From Terriglobales bacterium (lineage in GTDB: Bacteria; Acidobacteriota; Terriglobia; Terriglobales; Acidobacteriaceae): a DNA stretch of 64,000 bases. Below are positions 54,925 through 63,596 of this stretch, piece after piece. Positions within the stretch are counted from its first letter, which is position 1; each line of letters opens with the position of its first letter. The position numbers were made by a program, and so were the translations under genes. Below the pieces are notes generated by a model. It was given only the letters and a program-made list of their open reading frames with translations, ran no database searches and was not told the DNA's origin. Where the stretch lies: NCBI GenBank assembly GCA_049696815.1, contig JBAVUO010000074.1:13369-77368 (forward strand), given 5' to 3'.

Positions 54925-56063
54925 GGATGAATCAGAAGAGCAGCGTCCAGCAGATTCTGGCTGGCTACGACGACAAGGCGCCCCTGTCCCAGGCCTACAC
55001 GATTCCGGCGCCGTGGTACGTGGACGCGCGCATCGCGGAACTGGAACGGCAAACCGTCTTCAGCAAGTCGTGGCAGGTGATCGGCCGGGTGGAACAAGTC
55101 GAGAAGCCGGGGCAGTTTGTCACCGCGACCGTTGCCGGAGAGCCGCTGGTGGCCGTCCGCGGGAACGACGGCGTGCTGCGGGCGTTCTACAACGTCTGCC
55201 GCCATCATGCCGCGGCGGTGGTGACGGAGCCTTGTGGACAGGCTTCGATCCTGCACTGCCCCTACCACGGCTGGAATTACGGGCTGGATGGATCGCTGAA
55301 GGGGACGCCCGAGTTCGAGGGCGTGAAAGACTTCGAGCGCAAGGACAATGGCCTGGTTCCGGTGAAAGTGGATACCTGGGAGAAGTTCGTGTTCGTAAAT
55401 CTCGATCTCCAGGCCGCTTCGCTAAGCGGGTTTCTCGGAGGCCTGGTGCGGCGGGCGGCTCCGCTGGGGCTCGCGAAACTCGATTACTTCACGACCAAGT
55501 CTTATGACATTCACTGCAACTGGAAGGTGTTTGTCGACAACTACCTGGACGGCGGCTATCACGTGCCGCATCTGCACAAGGGGCTCAACTCGGTTCTCGA
55601 TTACAAGCAGTACACCATCGAAAACGAGGACCGGTACTGCCTGCAGTCGAGTCCGATGGTGGCCTCGGACGAGGATGCGGCAACCGCGACGACGCGCAAA
55701 GGGGACCACGCCTGGTATTTCTGGCTGTATCCGAATTTCATGTTCAACTGCTATCAGGGCTACATGGATACAAACCTGGTGATCCCGCTGGATGTGGACC
55801 ATTGCCGGGTGATCTTTGATTTCTACTTCAGCGACGTGAGTGAGGCGCAGCGCCAATATAACGAACAGAGCGTCGCGGTGGGGAACCGCGTGCAGGACGA
55901 AGATCTCGGCATCTGCGAGGCCGTGCAACGTGGGCTGAAATCACGGGCTTATGGGGCGGGACGGCTCTCGGCGCGGCGGGAAGCGGGCGAGCATCTGTTC
56001 CATCAATTGCTGGTGGCGGATCTGAAGAACGGTCCGGGGACGAAGGTGCTGGCGGCGGACTGA
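54921..56063 (+). CDS. Rieske [2Fe-2S] non-heme-iron oxygenase, alpha-subunit type
   Basis: The start is taken at MRMNQKS (ATGA overlap with the tetR stop). Rieske motif CRHHAAAV...CPYHGWNY. C-terminal catalytic domain with DNYLDGGYHVPHLH. Confidence 0.85.
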   Translation: MRMNQKSSVQQILAGYDDKAPLSQAYTIPAPWYVDARIAELERQTVFSKSWQVIGRVEQVEKPGQFVTATVAGEPLVAVRGNDGVLRAFYNVCRHHAAAVVTEPCGQASILHCPYHGWNYGLDGSLKGTPEFEGVKDFERKDNGLVPVKVDTWEKFVFVNLDLQAASLSGFLGGLVRRAAPLGLAKLDYFTTKSYDIHCNWKVFVDNYLDGGYHVPHLHKGLNSVLDYKQYTIENEDRYCLQSSPMVASDEDAATATTRKGDHAWYFWLYPNFMFNCYQGYMDTNLVIPLDVDHCRVIFDFYFSDVSEAQRQYNEQSVAVGNRVQDEDLGICEAVQRGLKSRAYGAGRLSARREAGEHLFHQLLVADLKNGPGTKVLAAD

Positions 56064-56086
56064 CAGGCTTCGGAAAGACTCACGTT

Positions 56087-56245
56087 TTGTATCAGGGTAT
56101 CGATTTGGCGATGCCGTGGGGCCGTAGCTTTTAGCAGCGCCGGAAAGCCGTTCCTAGCCGCGAAGCGGCGTAAGAATACAGTCCACGGGCCAGCCGTGGG
56201 TTCCGAGTCGTTGTGATGCAGCCCCGAAGGGGCGAAACAGTTTGC
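56087..56245. repeat. family-E repeat plus further mosaic palindromes
   Basis: TTGTATCAGGGTATCGATTTGGCGATGCCG, then ..CACGGGCCAGCCGTGGG.. and ..GCAGCCCCGAAGGGGCGAAAC.. hairpins. Confidence 0.6.
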
Positions 56246-56249
56246 GAAG

Positions 56250-56276
56250 CGGAGGGTCAACGCCCTCCGTTTTCTT
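56250..56276 (+). terminator. intrinsic terminator after the tetR-Rieske operon
   Basis: CGGAGGG-TCAACG-CCCTCCG followed by TTTTCTT. Confidence 0.55.
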
Positions 56277-56292
56277 ACGTGAGGGAACAACC

Positions 56293-57585
56293 ATGAAAAA
56301 CGCTCTCTTCGTTTTGCTGGTCTGTGGTTCCATCGCGGCCGCGCAGGTTACCGCCGTTCGTGCCGGGCGAGTGATCGATCCGGATTCGGGCACGGTGCTT
56401 TCCAACCAGGTCATCCTCGTCCAGGGAAACAAGATTCAAGCCATAGGGACGGGTCTGGCCATCCCCGCTGGGGCGCAGGTCATTGATTTGTCCGGCAAGA
56501 CGGTGCTGCCCGGGCTGATCGATTGTCACACCCACGTGGCGGATGGGCAGAGTGATGGCGACCCGTTCAATGTGCTGCGCAAGACGGCGTCGCAAGTCGC
56601 GCTGGAATCGGTTCCGAACGCGCGGGCGACGCTGCTCTCGGGATTCACCACCGTCCGGGACGTGGGGACGTACCGGGCTTTGAACGATATCGCACTGCGC
56701 GATGCGATTGCCCGTGGCGACGTGATGGGGCCGCGCATGTATGTGGCTGGGGCGTACATCACGATTACCGGCGGCGCCGGGGCCATGACGGGGCAGGCGC
56801 CCGATATTCAGCTCCCCTGGGACCTGCACTACGGCGAAGCCAATAGTCCGTGGGAAGTGCGGCAGAAGGTTCGTCTGCTGGCGCACGACGGCGTGGACCT
56901 GATCAAGATGCTCTCTACCGGAGCGGTGCTGACGCACGGGAGCAATCCGGCGTCGGTGGAGTTCACGCCGGAAGAGCTGCAGGCAGGGGTGGACGAAGCC
57001 AGGCACTTCGGGCTGCGGGTGGCGGTGCATGCCCATGCCGCGGAAGGGATCAAAAACGCGATCCTGGCGGGGGCGGCTTCGGTCGAGCATGCCGAGATGC
57101 TGGACGATGAGATCATCGCGCTGGCCAAGCAGCACGGGACGTATCTCGTCATGGATATTTACGATGAGGAATGTATCCAAGCGGGGGCGAAGACGGGGCA
57201 GACGCCGGCCGACTTTTTGCAACACGATGCCGACCTCGGGCGGATCCAGCGCGAGAACTTCGGCAAAGCCGTCAAGGCGGGCGTGAAGATGGCGTTTGGC
57301 ACCGATCTGGGCGTGTGCCCTTATGGAAGCAGCGGGAAACAGTTTGCCTTCATGGTGAAGTACGGGATGACGCCGATGCAGGCGATCCAGGCCGCGACCT
57401 CAAACGCCGCCGATCTGCTTGGTCATTCGAATGAGATCGGCTCGATCAAGCCGGGAAAGTATGCGGATTTGATCGCGGTGAGTGGCGATCCGTTGAAAGA
57501 CATTAGCATCCTCGAAAACGTCGAGTTCGTAATGAAGGATGGCAAGATGTACAAGCAAGCGGGGGCGATGGTGTGTGCGCAGTAG
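56293..57585 (+). CDS. secreted amidohydrolase-superfamily metallohydrolase
   Basis: The start is taken at MKNALFVLLVCGSIAAAQ (signal peptide; GAGGGA RBS upstream). Contains LPGLIDCHTHV (HxH), VAVHAH and FGTDLG. Confidence 0.85.
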   Translation: MKNALFVLLVCGSIAAAQVTAVRAGRVIDPDSGTVLSNQVILVQGNKIQAIGTGLAIPAGAQVIDLSGKTVLPGLIDCHTHVADGQSDGDPFNVLRKTASQVALESVPNARATLLSGFTTVRDVGTYRALNDIALRDAIARGDVMGPRMYVAGAYITITGGAGAMTGQAPDIQLPWDLHYGEANSPWEVRQKVRLLAHDGVDLIKMLSTGAVLTHGSNPASVEFTPEELQAGVDEARHFGLRVAVHAHAAEGIKNAILAGAASVEHAEMLDDEIIALAKQHGTYLVMDIYDEECIQAGAKTGQTPADFLQHDADLGRIQRENFGKAVKAGVKMAFGTDLGVCPYGSSGKQFAFMVKYGMTPMQAIQAATSNAADLLGHSNEIGSIKPGKYADLIAVSGDPLKDISILENVEFVMKDGKMYKQAGAMVCAQ

Positions 57586-57699
57586 AGGCTATCTTACTAA
57601 CGGCGCCATGAGTGCGTCCAAATAGGTAGTGTAATCCCTGCTTACAACACTATGGAAAAAGGAATCGTTATGGCGACGAAGGGCAGGAGGTTGCGCATA

Positions 57700-58956
57700 T
57701 CAGGGTTCGGCATAATACCCATCTCGTGTTTGCACAGCCAAATTCTTCTGTTTGGTCGTTAAGCTGATCTTGTGATAACCAGCTGCAACATTGGCTTTGT
57801 CGGGTGTGTAGCCCAGGCTGTACTGCGTGCGCAGTTCCTCCGCAATGCTGGCATAGATTTGATCTACCGTTTGCTTCTTGGAAACCTCGTAGGAACCACC
57901 GCCGGTTTCTTTTGAGATCTGCTCGAGAATCTTCTTGCCGTCCGGACGAGCTTCCTCGGGATGCCGCTGCCCACCGCCCCTGTGACCTCCACCTCCCGGG
58001 CCTCCGCCTCCGGGACCTCCGCCTCCGGGCCAACCTCCGCCCGGCCAGCCTCCACCGGGCTGGCCCATCCCGCCTCCACCAATGGGCCGGCCGAAGCCGC
58101 CACCCTCCTTATGATGCTTATCAGCAAAGAAGATGGAGTAGACCACGGTGTCGGCGCGTTGGGCCGCCTCAATGGCGCTCTGCAGGGACTCCTTGCTACC
58201 CCGGTCAACTCCGTCAGAGAGAATGATGAGCGCTTTGCGACCCTGCTGCTTCTTCATCAATTCGTCGGAGGCCAGGAAAACGGCATCATAAAGCAAAGTG
58301 CCACCCCCGTCGCGCATCCCGCGCGAACCGCCGGGGTGAGAATCCCGCGGCGATTCGCCTCCTCCCCCGCTGTCGCGGTCGTACCTGGACGCTTGCAGCA
58401 GCGCAAGAGCGGATTGCAATTTGTCACGCGAGGAAGTGAGATCCTGGAGCAACTCCACCTCATGGTCAAAATGAATGAGGAATGCCTGGTCCTTGGCGCC
58501 GGTCAGCATTTGATCCAGAAAACTCTTGCTGGCAGTTCGCTCCTGATCCAGAACATTCCGCTGACTCAGGCTGGTGTCGACAAGCAGGCCGAGCCTGAGC
58601 GGGAGATTCGCTTCCTGCGAAAAGTAGCGAATCGTTTGCGGGTGACCATCTTCTTCGAGGAGGAAATCGTCCTTGGTCAGATTGCGGACGATCTGGCCGT
58701 GGTTGTCCCGGACAGTGACGGGCAGAGTGACCACTTTGACATCGACAGACATCGTGGTCGCCGCGGGCGGATTCTGGCCATGCGCCGGCCGATTGGCAAA
58801 CAGCACGCAGACCAGTGCCAGAGTCTGACAGGAGAGGATGAGCCAGTGCGCCGGTCGCCGTCGCGGGGAAGAGTGATTCGGCGGAATTCCTAGCCGTTGC
58901 GCGCCAACCGCGACAAAGCGGCCTGCATGTCGTTGCCTGATCCACACTCTGGTCAT
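57700..58956 (-). CDS. VWFA-related (TIGR03436-type) secreted protein with Gly/Pro-rich insert
   Basis: VKVVTLPVTVRDNHGQIVRNLTKDDFLLEEDGHPQTIRYF, then LGLLVDTSLSQ (MIDAS-like DxSxS), then GGGMGQPGGGWPGGGWPGGGGPGGGGPGGGGHRGGG. Confidence 0.8.
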   Translation of the reverse strand: MTRVWIRQRHAGRFVAVGAQRLGIPPNHSSPRRRPAHWLILSCQTLALVCVLFANRPAHGQNPPAATTMSVDVKVVTLPVTVRDNHGQIVRNLTKDDFLLEEDGHPQTIRYFSQEANLPLRLGLLVDTSLSQRNVLDQERTASKSFLDQMLTGAKDQAFLIHFDHEVELLQDLTSSRDKLQSALALLQASRYDRDSGGGGESPRDSHPGGSRGMRDGGGTLLYDAVFLASDELMKKQQGRKALIILSDGVDRGSKESLQSAIEAAQRADTVVYSIFFADKHHKEGGGFGRPIGGGGMGQPGGGWPGGGWPGGGGPGGGGPGGGGHRGGGQRHPEEARPDGKKILEQISKETGGGSYEVSKKQTVDQIYASIAEELRTQYSLGYTPDKANVAAGYHKISLTTKQKNLAVQTRDGYYAEP

Positions 58957-59540
58957 TGAGAACTTCCCTCGCCCTGAATCCCCATCTCAGTTCCAACGGC
59001 AAGCTGCTTAGTCTGGAAATCGCTGAGTGCCTTGTCAAGTTTTTCTACGACGCCGGTAATTTGCTTGACTTCGATCCCCGAGTGTTCCAGCCCCCGCGAA
59101 AGAGCCTTGCTCTGTTTCGTGACATCAGAATTCGCTTTTCCCAGCTTCTTCGTGACATCCTTTAGTCCCGACTTCTGCACCGCTGAAAAGCTCTGCAAGA
59201 AATGTTCATTGTCAGTTTGGGCTTCTTGTAGCGCGCTGGTTAAGGGATTCGAGTAGTGGAATAGATCAGGTTTGCTTGCGTCTTCAGCAAGCTGCAGAAG
59301 ATCTTGCGCGCCTTTTCGGGCAGCCTGAGTGCTTCTGGTCAACCGCTGGAACTGGGTCACCTGGTCTGGGGTGGCTTGGAGCGCAATAGCTCGCTTGAAG
59401 TCCTTCAAATCGTCGCTGTTGGATGCCCCAGTCGAAGGACGCCCCCCACCTGTACCGTGCCCACCTCGATGCTGAGCCAGCAGGATGGGCGGACCCATTA
59501 GGAGAACAATCCCACAGATCAGCCATGTCAATCGATTCAC
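58953..59540 (-). CDS. secreted helical hypothetical protein
   Basis: Signal peptide MNRLTWLICGIVLLMGPPILLAQ, with a 4-nt stop/start overlap with the VWFA gene downstream. Confidence 0.65.
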   Translation of the reverse strand: MNRLTWLICGIVLLMGPPILLAQHRGGHGTGGGRPSTGASNSDDLKDFKRAIALQATPDQVTQFQRLTRSTQAARKGAQDLLQLAEDASKPDLFHYSNPLTSALQEAQTDNEHFLQSFSAVQKSGLKDVTKKLGKANSDVTKQSKALSRGLEHSGIEVKQITGVVEKLDKALSDFQTKQLAVGTEMGIQGEGSSQ

Positions 59541-59781
59541 GTTGGGAGCTCCGAATTCATGGTAACTCTACGCGGAAACGGGTTCCCGGTAAAGAATCCG
59601 TAAGAGAATGCAACAAACGTTCTGAGCCCGACGCGCTTGTGTCGAGCACACTAATATCGCTTGGATTCCGCGCGGACCTAATGAGGTCTGATCCGTGCCG
59701 AACGCGGAAGGTTGCCTGACAACGCGCCGGTTCTTCTAAGAACCGGCTGTGTCATGGCTGACTGGATAAAAAGCACGGAGA

Positions 59782-61851
59782 TTATTGATGATCCCGCGGA
59801 ATCGTTTCTTCCCACGTCTTCTGCTTCAGCGGCTGGCCGTCTTTGAGTAACTCGCGGGTGTATTTGTAGTAGAAGTTCCTGGCGTCGCTGGTAAGTTGGA
59901 GGCGGCCGCGCCAGACGAGCACGCGGTCTGTGAGTGCGATCGTGGTATCGGCTTCACCGACGACCGAGCTGGTTTCCGGGTGCTGGTCGTCTGCCTGGTA
60001 AGTGATCCGCTCCAGGTCCGTTTCTTTTCCCCACGGATAGATCTCCTCGGATTTGCCGCTCCAGTTGACCTTCGTGTTTCCGTTCAGTTCGTCGCGCTCC
60101 ACCTTCCATTCGCCCGGAAAGGGAAAGCCCACGGACTGGAAGCCGGCGCGTTCTTCGGAAGGCTCAGGCGGAAAGAAATGCGGAACTGCGTAAGGCGAGG
60201 GCGGAACTAGCGGGAGCACCAGGCACGACCCGTTCTTGCCGCCCAGCACAAGGCTGGTTGTCATGTTGTACGGAGTGGGCCAGATCATCGGCCAGAGTGC
60301 GTTGGAAACGGCTAGACGAATGCGATGGCCTTTGGGAAAGACCCGGGTCGTCAGGTGCATTTCGATGTCGAGAAGGTAAGTCTTGTTGGGCTCAAGATCC
60401 TTCGCGTCGGCCGCGGACTCGCGCTGAGCCCCATTCAGCCCGGCGCCGGTGACCAGGGTCACGGAGCCGTCGGGAGCGACATCGGAAAGACGCACGAACC
60501 AGTCGGCTAACGGGGCTGAGGAACTTGCCTGGAGCTGGGCGCGGGGGCGGCCGAGGATGGCGAGGTCTTCCGGGAGCGGTGCCGAATCGTAGGTCAGGCT
60601 GAAGGCGTCGACCGGGCGCTGGTCGGTCAGGAGTTCGCCCCACCAGAACCCGGCTTCCACACCGGCCGAAGGGATGTAACGCAAGTGGTGCACTGCCGGT
60701 TTCGCCGGCTCGGTGGAGAGCAGGTGCGCGTCGAAAAGATAGAGCGCGGTGTTTGACGCGTTGGCCGGGGGCCAGCCGACTTCCGCCCGCCAGTGTCCAG
60801 GCACTTCTTTCAGGTGCGGATCGGGAGGGTGCCAGTCCCGCATGAAGATGGTTAGCGGGGCCTCGTTCATGATCCCGGTATTCCGGTTCTTGAGCCAGTA
60901 ATCCCACCAGCGCACGGCCTGGTCGCGCCATTCAATCTGCGGACCGGGTTCGGCGTCATGCGGGAAGGTATGGTTCCACGGACCGATAATGGCCCTGAGT
61001 GGCGCTTTCACCTGTTCCAGCATCCGCGGGATGGAATCCCGATAGCCATCGAGCAATCCGCCGATCAGGAAACAGGGAATCTTGATTTCTTTCAGCGGTC
61101 GTACCGGGCTGCGCCAGAAGTCGCCATCGCGCTGGTGCCTGAGGTAGAGCAGCGACCACGGGGCGGATTCGAAGCGCGGATCGAGTACCTTTTCGTCGAG
61201 CGTGTAGTCGGGTGCGCCGGTGATGGCCGGTGACAGGTCCATGTCGAGCTCGAATTCATCGAGGTGCATCATGCCATCGATGTAGTGAATGTCGTCGTGA
61301 AAGAGCTCCTCCGTCGCATCGACCGCCAGGATGGCCTTCAGCGCGGGCGGGTGGCGCATGGCCATCTGGATGGAGTTGAATCCTCCCCACGAGATGCCGA
61401 ACATCCCGACCTTTCCCGTGGACCAGGGCTGACTGGCCAGCCATGCGATGACCTGTTCGCCATCCAGTTGCTCTTGTGGGGAGTATTCGCGATCGGTGGG
61501 GACGCCTTCGCTGGCGCCGAAGCCGCGGATGTCCACCCGGACACTCACGTATCCGCGCCGGGCAAAATAAGCGTGAATGGGATAGTCGCGCGCGGCGGTC
61601 GCGTCATCCTTGCGGTAGGGAAGATATTCGAGCAGGGCGGGGAATCGTTCGCTGGGCTTGGCGCCATCCGGCATGTAAAGAGTGGCCGCCAGACGCACGC
61701 CGTCGGGCATAGGGATCCACTGCTGTTCCAAGCGGACACCGTAACGGGCGGGAGCGGGAGGCGGAATTTGGGAGGCGTGCCCGGGGACTAGCAGGCATCC
61801 CGCCAAACCGAGAATCGAGAAAAGCCGCAAGCGCAGAACCATTAGGCGCAA
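59782..61851 (-). CDS. CocE/NonD-family (S15 X-Pro dipeptidyl-peptidase-like) hydrolase
   Basis: Signal peptide, then LEYLPYRKDD, VRVDIRGFGASEG and the nucleophile elbow GMFGISWGGF. Confidence 0.85.
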   Translation of the reverse strand: MRLMVLRLRLFSILGLAGCLLVPGHASQIPPPAPARYGVRLEQQWIPMPDGVRLAATLYMPDGAKPSERFPALLEYLPYRKDDATAARDYPIHAYFARRGYVSVRVDIRGFGASEGVPTDREYSPQEQLDGEQVIAWLASQPWSTGKVGMFGISWGGFNSIQMAMRHPPALKAILAVDATEELFHDDIHYIDGMMHLDEFELDMDLSPAITGAPDYTLDEKVLDPRFESAPWSLLYLRHQRDGDFWRSPVRPLKEIKIPCFLIGGLLDGYRDSIPRMLEQVKAPLRAIIGPWNHTFPHDAEPGPQIEWRDQAVRWWDYWLKNRNTGIMNEAPLTIFMRDWHPPDPHLKEVPGHWRAEVGWPPANASNTALYLFDAHLLSTEPAKPAVHHLRYIPSAGVEAGFWWGELLTDQRPVDAFSLTYDSAPLPEDLAILGRPRAQLQASSSAPLADWFVRLSDVAPDGSVTLVTGAGLNGAQRESAADAKDLEPNKTYLLDIEMHLTTRVFPKGHRIRLAVSNALWPMIWPTPYNMTTSLVLGGKNGSCLVLPLVPPSPYAVPHFFPPEPSEERAGFQSVGFPFPGEWKVERDELNGNTKVNWSGKSEEIYPWGKETDLERITYQADDQHPETSSVVGEADTTIALTDRVLVWRGRLQLTSDARNFYYKYTRELLKDGQPLKQKTWEETIPRDHQ

Positions 61852-62038
61852 ATATAGCAGCCGGCGGGGACGGGATGCAGGAAAGAAAAGGACGGGGCGG
61901 AAGAATCAGATTAGTGAAGATGCCCGGCCCGCCGCTGGGTGGCGGCTGTGTGGGGTCGTGGGGTGGGGCCGGGCAACTCTGCTTTTCCCCTCTGGATTAA
62001 AGCTGGTGATTTTATACAGGGGGAATTTCCGTCTAGGC

Positions 62039-62054
62039 TGTGACGGCGATCACC
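62039..62054. promoter_or_regulatory. CRP/FNR-family-like palindrome, site 1
   Basis: TGTGA-CGGCGA-TCACC, 114-129 nt upstream of the ferredoxin ATG. Confidence 0.3.
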
Positions 62055-62084
62055 GTCGCGTGTGACTAATAGGCCACGCGGAGT

Positions 62085-62100
62085 TGTGACGGCGGTCACC
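62085..62100. promoter_or_regulatory. CRP/FNR-family-like palindrome, site 2
   Basis: TGTGA-CGGCGG-TCACC, 46 bp downstream of site 1. Confidence 0.3.
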
Positions 62101-62167
62101 GCCCAGGGCCCGCGGCTCCGTTTAAGGTAGCTACGATATTCCTTCAGAAAACTGAGGAGAGGCACTC

Positions 62168-62419
62168 ATGGCGTACGTCATCACCGACACTTGCATTAAG
62201 GACGAGCTCTGCGTCGAGGTCTGCCCCACCGACTGCATCCATCCCAAGAAAGACGAAGAGAAGTTCGAAGCCGCGACCCAGCTTTACATTGATCCAGTCG
62301 GCTGCATCGATTGCGGAGCCTGCATTCCGGCCTGCACGTCGGATTCGATCTTCACGGCGGAAGACCTCCCCGAGGACAAGAAAGAGTTCCTGGACAAGAA
62401 CGCCGCCTATTACAGCTAG
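62168..62419 (+). CDS. ferredoxin (two Fe-S cluster motifs)
   Basis: MAYVITDTCIKDELCVEVCPTDCI and CIDCGACIPACTSD, with a GAGGAGAGG RBS upstream. Confidence 0.9.
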   Translation: MAYVITDTCIKDELCVEVCPTDCIHPKKDEEKFEAATQLYIDPVGCIDCGACIPACTSDSIFTAEDLPEDKKEFLDKNAAYYS

Positions 62420-62433
62420 CCTCAGTCCCTGCC

Positions 62434-62471
62434 GGCCCGCGCCTCCACGTCTCCGTGGAGCAACGCGGGCC
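62434..62471 (+). terminator. GC-rich hairpin after the ferredoxin gene (weak T-tract)
   Basis: GGCCCGCG-C-CTCCACG-TCTC-CGTGGAG-CAA-CGCGGGCC followed by TCTTAC. Confidence 0.35.
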
Positions 62472-62741
62472 CTCTTACGCCCCTCTGCGCCTGCCCTGAC
62501 AGAGAGTTCCCGCCTTCCCATGTCGCCCCGTTGCTCGAGAATCGAACCGGAGGCGCTGGGCAGGAGCCAGGACGAACTGCGGTTGCTTCAGGCGATGGGT
62601 CGGGAAACCGCCAGCATTCATCTCGGAACCGAAGACAGGTGCGAAGCGGTCCTCAAGGACTCGCGGCAGCGAAGAGGAAACTGGCCGGAGACGAGCGCTG
62701 AAACCATGGCAGGCGCCATGGAGACGGACGGGCGAACCTGA
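62440..62741 (+). pseudogene. possible 3' remnant of a DUF2252-family gene
   Basis: ..ELRLLQAMGRETASIHLGTEDRCEAVLKDSRQRRGNWPETSAETMAGAMETD resembles the C-terminal end of DUF2252 proteins. The N-terminal roughly 350 codons are absent. Confidence 0.3.
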
Positions 62742-62773
62742 GGGAACACTGGAAGTCTAGGGAGCGGTTGCGC

Positions 62774-63310
62774 TTACGGAAGAGCGTGTTCCTGCAAATG
62801 CTCCGCAGCCCGGGCGACGACGGCGTATTCGGGCGCAAACGCGGAATCTCCGGCGAGTACCGGAGAGGCGGGTTGGGGCGCTTCCTTGGTCCCCAGCCCG
62901 CCAATTAGGGCGTTCAGAATGCACTCGAGGGCCTCGGGCGACCCGCTCCAGACGCGGGAGAGGGCCTCGCGATGAATCGCTAATTCGCCCACGATCTTGG
63001 CCATGCAAGGACCTCCGCAGGCGAGTTCGGCCGGACCGGTTCCACTGGCAGGCGCCCAATCGGACGGCCCCGCCGCCAGGAATTGCAGGTTCGCATGAAT
63101 CAGCCAGTGCGTGATCAGGATCTTCAGATGGAACTTGCCGCAGACGCTCTGTATCTGTGCTTGTTCCGCCAGTATTGGGTGCCAATGGAGGACCTTCAGG
63201 CGATCGAGCCAGTAGTTTTCCACCACCAGAAACCACCCCGTGTGGTCGCTTGCTTCCATTCCGCAGACCGAGCAAAAGAAGCGCTTTGCTGGATAGCGAT
63301 CCATCTTCAT
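62774..63310 (-). CDS. hypothetical Cys-containing protein
   Basis: 178 aa: FCSVCGMEASDHTGWFLVVENYWLDRLKVLHWHP...CGKFHLKILITHWL. Confidence 0.6.
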   Translation of the reverse strand: MKMDRYPAKRFFCSVCGMEASDHTGWFLVVENYWLDRLKVLHWHPILAEQAQIQSVCGKFHLKILITHWLIHANLQFLAAGPSDWAPASGTGPAELACGGPCMAKIVGELAIHREALSRVWSGSPEALECILNALIGGLGTKEAPQPASPVLAGDSAFAPEYAVVARAAEHLQEHALP

Positions 63311-63323
63311 TCCCTTTCGAAAA

Positions 63324-63596
63324 TCAGCACTTCTCCGCTGCGCCCGCGACCTGGAACCGCGCCTGGGATGTCTCAGCTAAGGGGACCGTCATCATGCCCC
63401 GGTCGTGGTCGAAGCGGAGGGTAAAGTGCGATGAACAAGCTTCACACAGCCAGAAGTGTTCGCGACGCGGCTTGCGGAGGCTGGACGCCCCGGAGGCTCG
63501 CGCATCGGAATCGCGGTTTTCCGCCAGAAATAGTTTGCCTTCGCGGAGCGACCGAAACGGAACACTGCAGGCCGGGTTCGCGCATTTTTGCAGCAT
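63324..63596 (-). CDS. small zinc-ribbon-like hypothetical protein
   Basis: MLQKCANPACSVPFRSLREGKLFLAE...EHFWLCEACSSHFTL, with a CxxxxC...CxxC arrangement. Confidence 0.6.
   Translation of the reverse strand: MLQKCANPACSVPFRSLREGKLFLAENRDSDARASGASSLRKPRREHFWLCEACSSHFTLRFDHDRGMMTVPLAETSQARFQVAGAAEKC

Noticed and set aside
784-56245. Whether the many short palindromic repeats could be a CRISPR array.
   Set aside because: The copies are dispersed singly in different intergenic regions, are themselves hairpins, have no regular repeat-spacer periodicity, and no cas genes are present.
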